Shown: positions 25,857 through 38,946, counted from the first letter of the stretch. The stretch: 64,000 nucleotides of DNA from Takakia lepidozioides (GCA_030704615.1 CM060731.1:65162001-65226000), one strand, 5' to 3'. Translations and numbers: made by a program. Notes: generated by a model from the letters alone, not told the origin.

Positions 25857-28202
25857 ACTCTCCTACACCCTCTGAGGAACTTGCCCCACCTTCTTCCTCA
25901 TCCCCCTCATCCCCCTCATCCTCCGAGCTCTGTGATGCATCAGTTCCACTATGCCTCTCAAAAATCCCGTCCTCTCCTTGGGGGACTGTCACCTCACCTC
26001 CTGGGAATCTTCTGCGTCTTCTCCCCCACTTTCCTTAGCAGAATCCAAGACAAATCTACGAGCCCGACGGGCTCTAATAGCTGCTGCCTCCTCCCTCATC
26101 TTCATTTTCTTGAGGCTTGCCTCATCTAAAATCTGCTGTACACGACTACGTTCGGAACACCTCCTAATGGACACCGAAGCAAGCCGGGCAGCATAAGCAG
26201 GAAGGATGTACTCCCTTTCTGGACTAGGCATGAAATCCCCCCTGGCAAAAAAAGGCACGTTCCTCCTGCCCATGAACTCCGGTGTAGACGTCCCTCCGGC
26301 AGTACTTGGCATCCTACAGTAAGAACAAATCCACTTCAAGAATGTCAATACCAGCACAACCAGAAAGGGTTTTCAATGAAATAAGAGAGCGGAGGGAGGT
26401 GCCTCACGAAATCTGGAGGCAACTTACAATGCCACCACTCACTCATAAACCGGGGGCTCCTCGGCCTCGATCCCAATTTCCTCCCCCTGCTCCTTCTCGG
26501 ATTTTTCCTCATCCTCCGAGGATGCCTCTTCCTCTTTCGGCAGACGTTCAGCCGCTGCAAGTTCCGAGTTGTGGAGGGCAGTATCTGGCTCGAAGGCGAA
26601 CACATGCCTGTCGGACAACGTCCCTGCCCACATTGAAGCACCTGAGGAACAAAGCGGGCGGTTAATAGCTTGCGGCATGCAATTGCAATCGGGCCAGGGG
26701 ACAAACTGAGCACGTGAAGGCTTACCCGTGCCGCATGTGAGGTCCAGAATCCGCCCTTGGACATCCGAGCACGTCTCCATGAGGGTTTGGATGAAAGCAG
26801 GGCTCCGGGTCCGGCTGTACCGCCACGGTTTGCCTGTCTTTGTGTCCTTCGGCATACTGGAGTGGGGCACATAGTTGTAGAGGACATCGTAGGTTACAGG
26901 GTCCATAGCGGCATCAACAAGACGACCGTCGTTGCCGAATTTGAACGTAGACCCTCTCTTCACAAAGCAATATGCCTCAAACACCAATGTCTGCACATCC
27001 AACAAAGAAGGGATCAACTCCAGGGTCTACTTAACATACACCACAATATGAAGTGAATGCAATAGATTGATAACTTACACTTTGGCCCTCTGTTCGCAAC
27101 CCCTGCGTACTGATGCAGAACCATTTTCTGAGGAGGACCGGGGTGACACTTTTGGGTGTCCACCTTGCCACCGCATTCTCTGTGGTCTTCCCTCTCGTGG
27201 CAAGGACAACCACACATCCACCGTCATCCAGAAGCATCCCCGCCAGCCCAAACCCGGCTTTCCAGTAGTCCTCAGTAAACATGTTCCAGGTGGGCACACC
27301 ATCCAGGCCCTCCAGCAGCTCCCCATCTGGAATGTCGAGGAGAATCATGTCGCAAGCTCTCTCCACCTCAACCCCCCCCCGAGTGCTCTTGCAATTCGTG
27401 CTCACAGCCGTGAAGAATTCCATCGTGGCTTCAAAACCAGGGCTGTCTTTAGGCTCTGTACCGCCAGCCCTCTTCTTGGCTTTCCCCTTCTGCTCCGCCA
27501 GAGACTTGTTGTGTGCCACCTTCTTCACCCTGGCAGCGAGAGCGTCAAGGAAGCTCTCATTGACACATTGGATGATGGTTGGAGGTTCTAGCTTTGGCCT
27601 GTGCGTAAACGTCACCGCCGAATACCGCCGTGTAGGCTCGCCCTCAAATGCCAACTTCTTGGCAGAGCCAGTCCCACTCCGAACTGACTTGGGAACCCGG
27701 ACGACCGGTGACTGGGTAGGAGCAACAGCAATCGCAGGACCTTGAACAAAGTCGTCGTCCGAGTCACTCTCTTGGGTCCCCTCCTGCGCCTCCTCCGATG
27801 CCCCGATGGTTTTCTTCTTTTTGGGTGTTACTGCACTCACATGTTTCCTTGTCCTTTTCCTTTGGCCTTTACTCTTCTCATGCAATTTCTCCTGAATTCC
27901 TGCCTGAGCAAGCTCTGCCGCTTTCCTGGAGTTCGCAAGCTTTTGCCTCTTTTGCACCCAATGGAGGCAGCGGAGCCCGGTTTCGTCGGAATTCAGCATC
28001 CAGCTTCAATTGAAACTCGGATGGGTCGAGCGAGCCGGGCGGAAGGTCCACATACCAAGGGCAATCACGCAAATGTTCCAGATGCCACTCCTTCACAATA
28101 TCGTCAGTGTACATGGAGTCAGCCCCAGGGTTCCTCCATGCCAGGAAGAATGGTGGCTCGAAAGACAGATGACCTTTCTCCAAAAGGGAGAACTTGCAGT
28201 AC
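25857..28202 (-). CDS. Beta-class N4-cytosine/N6-adenine DNA methyltransferase-like protein (spliced, probably frameshifted copy)
   Basis: Motif IV-like CDMILLDIPDG, then LLDDGGCVVV, then motifs X/I/II TRSPAFIQTLMETCSDVQGRILDLTCGTG-ASMWAGTLSDRHVFAFEPD. Frame-consistent GT-AG introns at 27078-26991, 26725-26642 and 26442-26314. Apparent frameshifts near 28010 and 26010. The 5' exon(s) were not found. Confidence 0.72.
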
Positions 28203-28239
28203 CTGCATTCATGAAAAACACAATGAGGTCCCTGAAATG

Positions 28240-28932
28240 CATATTCGGCACCATTTTCCCAGGTTGGGGCGGATGTGAGTGGGCCTAGAAATGGAAAAAT
28301 GGCGCCGAATTTCGGTTTTCGGTGAGTGCCACCCTAGGGACTTAGCCATCTTGGAAGCCCTGAAATGGAATTTCGGCGCCATTTTTCCCGGTTTGGCCCG
28401 AAGATGGCTAAGTCCCAGAACCGCAATAGGGCCTAGAACTGGAAAAATGGCGCCGAATTTCCAGTTCAGGTCCAGCCACCCTAGGGACTTAGCCCGAAAA
28501 TGGCGCCGAATTTCCAGTTCCGGGCCAGCCACCCTAGGGACTTAGCCCGAAAATGGCTAAGTCCCTGAACGGCAATAGGGCCTGGAACTGGAAAATGGCG
28601 CCGAATTTCCAGTTCAGGGCCAGCCAGTCTAGGGACTTAGCCCGAAAATGGCTAAGTCCCTGAACGGCAATAGGGCCTAGAACTGGAAAACGGCGCCGAA
28701 TTTCCAGTTCCGGGCCAGCCAGTCTAGGGACTTAGCCCGAAAATGGCTAAGTCCCTGGACGGCAATAGGGCCTAGAACTGGAAAACGGCGCCGAATTTGC
28801 AGTTCCGGGCCAGCCACCCTAGGGACTTAGCCCGAAAATGGGACGGCAATAGGGCCTAGAACTGGAAAACGGCGCCGAATTTCCAGTTCAGGGCCAGCCA
28901 CCCTAGGGACTTAGCCCGAAAATGGCTAAGTC
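28240..28932. repeat. 95-bp tandem array with two internal palindromes per unit
   Basis: Units recur at 28578, 28673 and 28768. They contain GAACTGGAAAATGGCGCCGAATTTCCAGTTC and GGGACTTAGCCCGAAAATGGCTAAGTCCC. The array runs into the gap. Confidence 0.9.
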
Positions 28933-29432
28933 NNNNNNNNNNNNNNNNNNNNNNNNNNNNNNNNNNNNNNNNNNNNNNNNNNNNNNNNNNNNNNNNNNNN
29001 NNNNNNNNNNNNNNNNNNNNNNNNNNNNNNNNNNNNNNNNNNNNNNNNNNNNNNNNNNNNNNNNNNNNNNNNNNNNNNNNNNNNNNNNNNNNNNNNNNNN
29101 NNNNNNNNNNNNNNNNNNNNNNNNNNNNNNNNNNNNNNNNNNNNNNNNNNNNNNNNNNNNNNNNNNNNNNNNNNNNNNNNNNNNNNNNNNNNNNNNNNNN
29201 NNNNNNNNNNNNNNNNNNNNNNNNNNNNNNNNNNNNNNNNNNNNNNNNNNNNNNNNNNNNNNNNNNNNNNNNNNNNNNNNNNNNNNNNNNNNNNNNNNNN
29301 NNNNNNNNNNNNNNNNNNNNNNNNNNNNNNNNNNNNNNNNNNNNNNNNNNNNNNNNNNNNNNNNNNNNNNNNNNNNNNNNNNNNNNNNNNNNNNNNNNNN
29401 NNNNNNNNNNNNNNNNNNNNNNNNNNNNNNNN
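28933..29432. other. Assembly gap (N run)
   Basis: About 500 N. Confidence 1.
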
Positions 29433-30155
29433 GCGGGACTCGGACGGAAATGCAGTGCCGCATTACAGTTCCGGTGGTTCACGGTTAACAGTATGAAAGT
29501 CTGCCCAAAGCGGAATTGCGGTGCCGTATTTCCGTTCTGAAGAATATGAAGGTCTCTGGTGGACGGAAATGCGGTGCCGCATTTAAGTGCCACTGGTGCA
29601 TGACTAAGATTCAAAATTGAAATGTGGCGCCGTATTTCCGTCCAACAGCAATGGAAAGTAGCACACCGGTCAGATATGGGTAACCTGTCTGGATTCCAAT
29701 GAAAGAAATCGGACGGAAATCCGGCACCACATTTCCGATCACAATCAAGGAGTGGATGATGTCGAACTGGGTTGCGGGACCGCCTTCCCATTCATCCATG
29801 TGCAATGGGTTGCAGTGCTCCGAAACAACACAATTGCGGCCTGTGTTAATGAGCACAACTTGGGTATCTAACCGTTTTAACTAGCACCCCTGGCACTTGA
29901 CAGTGCGAACGTTCATGTCTACACCCCGAATACTACTTGATCCACTATCAGGAGATGTTATTTCGTCGCCGAATCGGCCATCATTGTGACATTTACTGCA
30001 TATGGAATCACACCGCCCACCTTCATGCATGTAGCTTGAAACAATACTTCTACTTCAATCGGCGATGGACTCCGCATTACCACTGATGTGGTGCCTGTGA
30101 GCCTTGGTCTCTCGCTATACTGATCCTCGCACTTGCCAACTTCGTGCGGTCTTCG

Positions 30156-33100
30156 ATGGCTCCGAATTCCTACGCTATAGTTTGCTGTCCCTCCCAACTT
30201 GGGAGAGCCTGGATCCCAAACGAGGGAGGACTTTGCAGAGTGACTGAAACTTACCTTTGTTCTAAATTCAAGCTCAAACCGGGCACAGTTTATTTGGAAG
30301 AAGAAAGGAAGGATGTTTCTGGCAGGTTGACGAGACCATTGTCGTGCTAGGTAACGACGGAGGTTGCGGAATGGAATGGCGCGTCCCCCCATCAGACACC
30401 ATCCTGTACCGAGCTGTGGGAATGCCCATTCCCTTTCCGAATCAGTCGCTGCCCACACCATCCACAAAGGAGTCCGGAAACCGACAGGCGGCCACTGCCA
30501 ACAGAGAGGTATGCAACGATAATCATTCCCGACCTGGACCGTCAAGACCCTCCATAGCTTCTCGTGTGGACGTATTCGACATTTCCGACGAGGAGATGAT
30601 TGCATTGAGGTACCCATGTCCTCCACACGGTCGTTCAAATCCGGCATGGACGTCTCTGTAGGTGCTACGCATGTGCCCTCGAGCATAACTCCAACCCGGT
30701 CCATTGTGCAGCTCCTACGACAACATCACCTCGATGGTTCTCGCTCCGAGCTGGCTGCTCTCGACTATGCCAAATTCCCAGTCAGAAAGGTAACGTTTCT
30801 GCCTCCCGAAGTCGATGGCAATGTCATCTTCGAGTTTCCACCTGTTTCTTCGTCAAACAAAGCCTCCGGGATGTTAACAGACATGGATCGAAAGCATGAC
30901 GGACACCCCTGGTGTGTGACGAAGACCAGTAGCACGAAAATTGCTGATGGTGTTCGTGTACGATATGTCCTCTGTGCGGGGAAGCTGAGGTGCCTCAATC
31001 CCACCTGCTTCCACTTTCTCTCCAAAGGAGGGCGGAGAAACGAGACGGATTGGACTGGCACAACGCATCATCCATTCATTGTCTCCAGCCAAGCTCCTGC
31101 GGGTTCTTTCAAGTGTGCACATTGCAAAGAACCACCGACGTGCATGTCCATGTGCAGAGCCAAGCAATATTACGTAATCCATTTGCTCCCGGACTTGACT
31201 AGAGCTTGCATACACGTTGGGGTCCACTGCCACCCCTTGGCGAGAGGCAACATGCGTGAGGCTGTGCAGGAAGCACACGACATCATAAAAGAGGAGGTGA
31301 AATTGAGCCCCGGAGCCAGACCAAAGCAGATTCAGCTGAAGGCAGCCCACAAGATTGCTCTTGGCAAAATCAATGTCTGAAGATGGTTCCGACCGAGAGC
31401 CCTTGACCGAAGACGAGATGCGTGACCTCTTGGAGTCCGTCTCGCACGTTTGTAGTCCGAATGTGCGGAATCACATCGTATCTTGCAAGCAGGAGTTCGG
31501 CAGGGGGTCGGACATGTACTCAATCCTGGAGGTGAAACGAATGACTGGATATGACTACATCCAAGGTAGCAGGTTTCCAGGGCAAGGCAGCGAATCCGAT
31601 CGTTGTTACATTTTCAAAATGTCGACGTGTGGGCCTGGGAGTGGAGTCGACTTGGTCACTCGCATGACAACTGGAAACTTGTCGAATGCTTGGGTGATGT
31701 TTGATCACATCAAGCGAATTACAAACCATCAGTGGGTGACTATGGGTGCGCATGTTTATGACTATCACTCCAAGAGGCTCATGACGATTGCAATCTGCGA
31801 GATGAAAGGGGAGGACACACAGTCCGAGATGCATCTGTGGGAGGGCATAAACGAGCAGATGGCAAGGGCGGGATTGCCAGAGCCCAATTTCAGGGGATTC
31901 ATGGCAGACAACGCTCAGGCCAACTGGGCAGCGGTGCGGCGTGTGTACGGTGAGGACCCCAATGTTCCAATGGAGGGGAAAGAGAGATCCTGTGGATTCC
32001 ATTGGATGCAGAGTCTATCTCACTACACTTCCAAATTTGTTGCTAGCTCATTCCAGGCTGAACACGGTGTCCTTTGTACGGCGTGGAAGGATGCACCCAC
32101 ATTTGATGACGCGGAGGTTAAGTTTGCTATCATCGAGGCTTGGTGGAACACGTCAGGTGCAGTGGAGACAACCAATCTGGGAGCATTGCACAGCTGGTTG
32201 GGGTGGTGGCATTTTCGGTATCGACAGTTCGGACAGTACATGCGGGAGGTAGGCTGCTGTCAATTTCGTTCATTTGTCTTTCTGTTACGGACATTTCGAT
32301 TGGTCCCTCACCATTGTTTGTGTCCTTCTAGGAGCGGTGCTTGGATTCCGACACGGACATGCCGAACACGAATATGGCAGAATCGGTCCACTCCTCCTGG
32401 CGAGCGTCTTCTGCCGCACATCTGGTGGACGTAGTGACGGCCACAACGGAGGACATCGACAGAGCAATCATGCAGCAAGCCACGTACCACAAATTCCTGA
32501 GCGGCAAACAATGGGGCTTTGGGCCGGACAGGGAGAAATTGTTGGTACGAACAGCTTCGAGGTCCAAGAATCCAGTGAAATGGGCGACAGCATTGCGAGA
32601 GAAGATCAAAGGGACGCCTCTGCACCGCAGAGGTGAACACCTAGAGGGGGACGTCCGGACTCGCCCTGTGAGGCGGAGGATTGAAGAGGAACCCGGGTGC
32701 AAAGAGGATTCCTGGAGATCCGACAGGAACATTCGGACAGCACCTCGAGGTCCCGTCATGTTGCCGCACAATGTGTCTTCCAGCAGTGGAAGCCCAAGAA
32801 ATTCCAGATCGCCGGCGCCTTCAACCGGGGATTTCGTGCGAGAAATTCCCACCGCTCCCTTGCCCCAGATTCCGCCCGCTGTTATGCAGTATGGCCAAGC
32901 CATTGTGGAGACGACTGTGTCTGCATCACAGTGGAGAATTGCTCGCACAAAGCCGTCGTTTCGAGGAAGGTGTTCCGCAATTCGTGTGGATACACGGCAA
33001 CGTTGTTTAGAGATGATAAGGAGGAATCCAGATGGGGCTGTCCCTGTTCCTACTTTTACAGGAAGATTTGTCCATGCAAAGTTTGCGGAGGCGACAACCA

Positions 33101-33810
33101 CCCTGTTCTGGTTCTGCAGGCACGACATTATGACTTGCGTGTATGGAAAGCCCAAGTACGGCATACAAACAATGCCAGAGGCTCCCCCGGTGTGGCCGGT
33201 GGAACCAGGCTGCGATCTGAGTCAGGTTGAGGCCGACGCCCTTACCGCCGCAGGATTTCGGATGGTGCAGCGCACTGACGTCCCCAGACAACCATTTCCG
33301 CTTCCACAGCCTCCACCACCAACCCCTGTGAGAGCAAGAACAATGGGACACGACAGCTCTAAGCATCCTACACACCGTTGGGGGAAACCGAAGAGGCGGC
33401 GACCTCCCTCAAAAGTGAACGAGACAAGGATGGGGAATGCACTTCGGATGAACTGTACAATCCAGAGCTCGACAGAAGTGCCCCCACCAGGATTCGGGCG
33501 TGTGTATCAGATGGCCACGGCAGGCTCAACTGTTCGCAATGAGGTGTACACCATCACCATTTCAGAATTACCCACCTGCAATTGCACCGACTTCCAGATC
33601 ATGGCGAACAAGGGGCATCATACTGCCCTTGCAAGCATTTGTACTACGTGTACCTAAAGAGACTCCGTTGTAATTCCACAACTCATCACTTCATACATGC
33701 ACCAGGGTTGAGCCCCCAGGAGGTTCACACTCTTCTGAATATGGATCCAGGGGACCAGTGAGCTTGGCTTGCGGTCCCAATACAATGGTACGCCCATCCT
33801 TTTCGGATAG
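30156..33810 (+). pseudogene. Mutator-like DDE transposase with Cys/His DNA-binding domain and SWIM finger (B1), frameshifted
   Basis: DGHPW..CAGKLRC..CxxC..HCH (WRKY/GCM-like), MFDH, GFMAD, CGFHW, NTNMAES, CNCTDF..CKH. Intron at ~32249-32331. Confidence 0.8.
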
Positions 33811-34539
33811 TAGAACTGTACTGCTGCCAGTACCTCAGACTCTGGCCACAGAAAGGTCCGACATATGTCTTGCCTACCAGTAACCTGTTTTGCTCGAACT
33901 AAGATATTATTATATCGTTCACTTGTTTCCACGTGCATGTATTTTTGTATGTTGGAGGGTTCATGTTTTTCTGCTTTCCGAAAACTTGCTTTCCTCATTC
34001 GACCTCCGACAAGGAAATGCGGCGCCGCATTTCCAAGTATCGTCGTAGGTACTGGTAGAGGCGGCCTTCGCCAACACCAAACCGCTCCGAAATTTCGCAC
34101 GTGCCAACCCTAATGCGGCACCTTATTTCCCAGTTCAGTTGCAAACCTTTCCCGCCGAATACCCGAAGAAGACAGAATTGTGAAGTACTGCAGACTCTAT
34201 TGGTGCAGACTCCATTGGTTCAATCGCGGCAAAAGGGTCAGCTTCATTCCAATGTTAAGGCATGTAAAATCGCGGAATACTCTATACAGGCCAGTATGCG
34301 ACGTCCTTTTGCAATGGTATACTGGATTTCCCGTTGCACGGTCACTTATTTCCATGAGCGGATCTAAAAACCCATGAGTGGACTTGTTCTTGACGACATA
34401 TCTTCGCCGCATTACATGATCTGGAACGTCCAAAAACGGCAAGGTCAAATTAAAAAAACTATTATTTTAATACTTATTTAATCTGCCGCATTTCCAAATT
34501 TGGAGGAGTCCGCTCATGAAATCCGCGTATCTTAGACTT

Positions 34540-34612
34540 CGGCTCACCGCTCATGCGGCTCATGCGGCTCATGGCTCATGGCTCATGGTTTCTGCTCGTG
34601 AAATAGTAAACC
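34540..34612 (-). mobile_element. Right terminal inverted repeat of B1 with CATGAGC subterminal repeats
   Basis: Minus strand GGTTTACTATTTCACGAGC...(CATGAGC)n truncates the Penelope RT P3. Confidence 0.75.
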
Positions 34613-35590
34613 TCGAAATTACCTCCAATAGCACATTCGAGCTCATACAAGCCGAGCTCGGTGATGATGCTGGGATATAGAGATTCCACGTCAAACGTAA
34701 AAAGAAGAGCATGCGAGGGGACCTCGAGTTGGGAAACCTCTCGAAGAAGCGTGAGAGAATCAACCAAATGAGTGGGTTCCTTGAGAAGTACCGGAAGGAG
34801 TTGGTGATGGAGCCAAATTGAAGCATGCTCGAAGATGTAGTTGTTGTAGGAACAAATGGGTCTTCCAACAAGCACGGGTTTGTGCACCTTCGGAATGAAG
34901 TACAAAGCACAAGCTCGAAAGTCCATGGACGACCGAGGGCGTTGGCGGATGTAATTCCATTATTTGGTGGAGATCGCAAACCTGTAGATTGGATGGCAAG
35001 CTAGCACCTCCAACCTGGACCAAAGTTCTTCCCACGGTACGGAATTTACGGGACGATAAACTTCGGTGTCTGAGAGTTGCCGCATCGCCTCTTGCATGTA
35101 CCAAGACTTGTCCATAAGCACAAGACCAAGATTTTTGTCGGCCGGCTTGATGACAAGGTCCGGATCCGACCTCAATCTTTTGAGAGCAAGTCTCAAGTGT
35201 CTCGGCAGACAAGGTCGTGCATTGCGGGCGATTCGATCCAAACGGCTAGACAAAAGATCATTACCTTCTCGAATGATGGCCTCGAGCGGTTGAGATTCCA
35301 CTGGCGGATTGAATGATGGATTCGGAACGCGCCAAAGAGGAACCTCGTCGTTGTCTTTGCCGGAGAAGAACGTTTGCAACCTCAAGCTTCGAGCAAAATT
35401 GTTGAATTCGGTGATGATTGAAGATCGGGAAGGGGGAAGAGGACGAGGAATGTAATTGAGACCAAGGCCCAGGAGTTGTCGCTCCGCAAAGGAGAGAACC
35501 CTCTTGCTATAGTTGTGGATAGCAGTGTTGGTGACCCTGCATTCCACTTGGGAGGGAGTCTTCCTAGCAAAGAGCAACAAAGCGTAAGCC
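34613..35590 (-). mobile_element. Penelope-like RT N-terminal half (P3)
   Basis: IHNYSKRVLS...LLGLGLNYIP, IKPADKNLGLVLMD, LYFIPKVHKP..GRPI, FDVESLYPSI. Confidence 0.88.
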
Positions 35591-35597
35591 TTCGGGT

Positions 35598-36651
35598 CTA
35601 CGAGCGGGTACCAGAAGAGACTCCTCGTGCGCCCCCGCGTCTGTGAGGAGGTACGTATGGCCGCTTCATCTTCGTCGCCGCCGTCGTCGTCGTCGCACCC
35701 TTCGTCGTGGCCGGTTTTCCGTTGACCCTCGCTGAAGGTTTTCGGCCTCCCGTACCAGAACCGGTTGTGCGGTTCGGGCCTGATCTCTTGTTGAAAGAGG
35801 TAGGTGACGCAGCAGAACGGGTGGAGACCCGGATACCTTTCTGCTGCTTGCCGTTTCCCGACTTTCCGCCAGGATTCGCCTTAGGCTTACTAGCCGGTTT
35901 GGTCCCAAGCTTCTGGGCCTTAGGTTTCACTTGGATGGAATTCACCACCTTCTTCACCTCCTTGAGTACTTCCTTGACCACCTCGCGTTTCACGAGGGTA
36001 GCAATGGACGGTTCCACAGGGAGGGTCTCCGCTTCTTCCATAGCACCTTCCCGAGCAACGTTGCGAGCGGCGATAGCCGCGGCCTTGCTGACGTCGGAAA
36101 GTTGTTTGTGAATGAGAAATGCATCTACATGAGCAACAAAGAGATTGCTAAGATGAAGATGCCACAACTCAATGGAAGACTTAGACTTGTCACCTATCAA
36201 ATTTAAGGATCGTAAAGGCGAAATCAAATCCGAGAGTCTCAAAGACCGGTTTGGATTGCTCGAGCTTGTGGGTCAAGCTAGCAAGTCGAGATTCTTGGGC
36301 TTTGATGAGTGCTTCAAAGCACTTGATCCGATATGCGGTTGTGCATTCGGCCAGGCTCGCATCAAGGACGGATTGGGCCTCGGGATCTCCTATTTGAAGT
36401 TTAGGAGGACTCATTCTAAGGGAGTTGGGTATGGTCCCTTCTTCGAATTGCACTCGCAATTTTTGAAGGTACTTGGAAGTCTTTTCATGCTCATGCCTAA
36501 GACTTTTGAATTCCTTGACCGATGTATGCACAAATGCAAGCAAAGGGGGAGGAATGGAGATATCCATGCTAGAAGAAGAAGACGCGGATGCATGAGAAGG
36601 GCCGACGCCTAAGCTAGGACATGGACGTTTGTTACCTGCTAGTTCCGCCAT
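35598..36651 (-). CDS. ORF1 of Penelope-like element (coiled-coil plus basic tail), one frameshift
   Basis: ORFs 36651-36190 and 36242-35598 lie directly upstream of the RT. A second copy is at 1076-1343. The sense strand has CCCTAAACCCTAAA just before the ATG (36663-36676). Confidence 0.65.
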
Positions 36652-37184
36652 GGAAAAAAGAGTTTAGGGTTTAGGGTGGTCAACAAAGGCTTGCAAAGGT
36701 AACAAAAAGTAGAAAAAATACTGGAAAAAGACAGTAAAATTTTAAGGGGGGCCGGTTCGGACCCAAATACAAATGCAATGGAAACCAAGACAAATGCATA
36801 CAAAGTGCGCCTATCGTGCCTAAAGGGATGCTATAAGACTATTATGTCTTATGCAAGGACTCCCGCCCTCACGAGATAAGGTTCTCTAATTGAAGATTGA
36901 GGCACTTTCGCTCCAACCGTAAGCTTTTTTATGTTTGCTTCTCCTTGTTTAGCGACAAAAATCTTGCTCACTATGGGCAAGCATGCGCTCAAGGCACTCA
37001 CAAACATAGGGTCAAGTCTCAACCCCTAGTTGGAAAACTTATATGCCCCACCTTCAAAAAGAGGTTCGTACCTCTAAGGAAGAATGGGAGGGATTACCGC
37101 ATAAGGTTATCGACGAGAAGGTTAGGTCGGCAGAGGCTTGCGCATGCCCATAGTCCTCTGATCGCTCGAGATGAACTCGAGGGA

Positions 37185-38946
37185 CGAAAGTAAGAAACTG
37201 AATGAAGTGGAGCGACGGTGGCCGACGCACGAGAAAGAGATGAAGGCGGTGGTGTACTGTCTTGAGCTTTGGCGCCACTATGTTGGTTCCAACCCAGTGA
37301 AGGTGTTCACGGACAATGTCACAGTGAAGTATTTTGCCACGCAGCCTAAGTTGTCCCCAAAACAACTTAGGTGGCAAGATATTTTGGCGGTGTTCGACGT
37401 GGATATCCAATACAAACCGGGACGGGACAATGTGGTGGCTGATGCTTTAAGTAGAAAGCAGCAGCTCATGTTGGTGTACAGGGGCGAGACGACGCTCCAA
37501 AGGAAGATCCGAAAGGCTTGTCGGAAGGATGAGCTGGCGAAGTCCGTGATGCAGGACTTGAGGATGGGGGTTAAATCGCAGTTCCACTTGCAAAATGGAC
37601 TGCTCCGGTATAAGCAAAAGCGTCTCTACGTGCCGAAGGGAGGGATCAGAGATAGTCTCTTGAGAGAATGCCATGATAGCCCGCTTGCGGGCCACGGCGG
37701 AGCCAAGCGCATTGCGGCACTCTTGAAGAAAGAGTATTTCTGGCCCAAACTGAGGGAGGAGGCAGAGGAGTATGTCAAGACATGCACCACATGCCAACAA
37801 AACCGGAGCGAGTACAAAAAGCAAGCGGGGCTGTTACAACCCTTGCCGATTCCAGAAGGGACTTGGGAAAGCGTCTCGATGGATTTTCATGACTGCTATG
37901 CCGCTGTCAAAAGGATTCGATGCAATCATGGTGGTGGTGGATAGGTTCAGTAAAATGGGCCATTTCATCCCCACCAAGGAGACGGCAACGGCGCAGGAGA
38001 CATGACGACTTTACTTTGCCCACATCTTAAAGCATCATGGAGTCCCGAAGGATATCGTCTCGGACCGCGATCCAAAGTTTACGAGTAAATTTTGAGGACG
38101 CTCTGGGAGAAGATGGGGACGAGGCTGAAGATGAGCACCGCCTTTCGACCTACGACGGACGGCCAAACGGAAAGAGTGAATTCCGTAGTGAAGCAGATCT
38201 TGCGGAATTACGTGTCGACAGACCAATCAGACTGGGTGGAACACTTAGACGTGGTAGAGTTCTGTTATAATAACACAGAACACTCCGCAACGGGAGTTTC
38301 CCCTTTCGTATTGGTCTATGGAAAAGCACCTCTGGTACCGACAAGTTGGGTCGCCCAGGACGTTGAGGAACTGGCAGTAGCGGCGGTAATGGAAGAACGC
38401 GAGCGTTTGTTGAAGTTCGCAAAGTACAACATTGCCAAAGCTAGGAAACAGTATGAAAGGCAGGCGAATCGGAAGCGGAGGGAAGTGAAGTTTGAGGCAG
38501 GCACGGAGGTCTGGTTGAACATCAAGAATTTCCGACTACCTCCGGAAGTGAGTCCAAAGTTCGTACCTCCGTATGCGGGACCCTTTCGCATCCGGAAGGT
38601 TATGAATGAGGATGTGTATGAATTGGAGCTGCCGGCAAACAGCAAGGTGCATCCAGTATTCCACGTCTCGCTTTTGAAACCTTACTTCAAAGATGAAGCG
38701 CGTCCGAATCGGCATCAAGTGTTGCGTCCGCCACCTGTGCTGTTGGATCATGAAAATGAACCTGAGTACGAGGTGGAGGCAGTACTTAAGTCGAGGAGGT
38801 TCAAGAACCGAGAAACGGAGTATCTCGTCAAATGGAAGGGCTATCATCATGTGGAGGCATCTTGGGTGCGTGCCTCAGAAATGGGAAACGCATCCGAGGC
38901 GGTTGCAGTTTTCGAAGGGCGACCGCAAAAGCGGAAGAAGCATTGA
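37185..38946 (+). mobile_element. Chromovirus Gypsy family C pol 3' part: RNaseH-integrase-chromodomain
   Basis: EKEMKAV..VFTDN..VADALSR, H..GH..CxxC, SDRD, TDGQTER, GPF, YEVEAVL..YLVKWKGY..SW. PPT at 38969-38980. Confidence 0.95.

Noticed and set aside
28240-28932. CRISPR-like array
   Set aside because: Whole units repeat with no unique spacers, there are no cas genes, and the context is eukaryotic.
28856-29791. ORFs spanning the N run
   Set aside because: These are artefacts of translating N.
29958-30704. Long antisense ORFs over transposase and gag genes
   Set aside because: These are shadow frames of GC-rich coding sequence.
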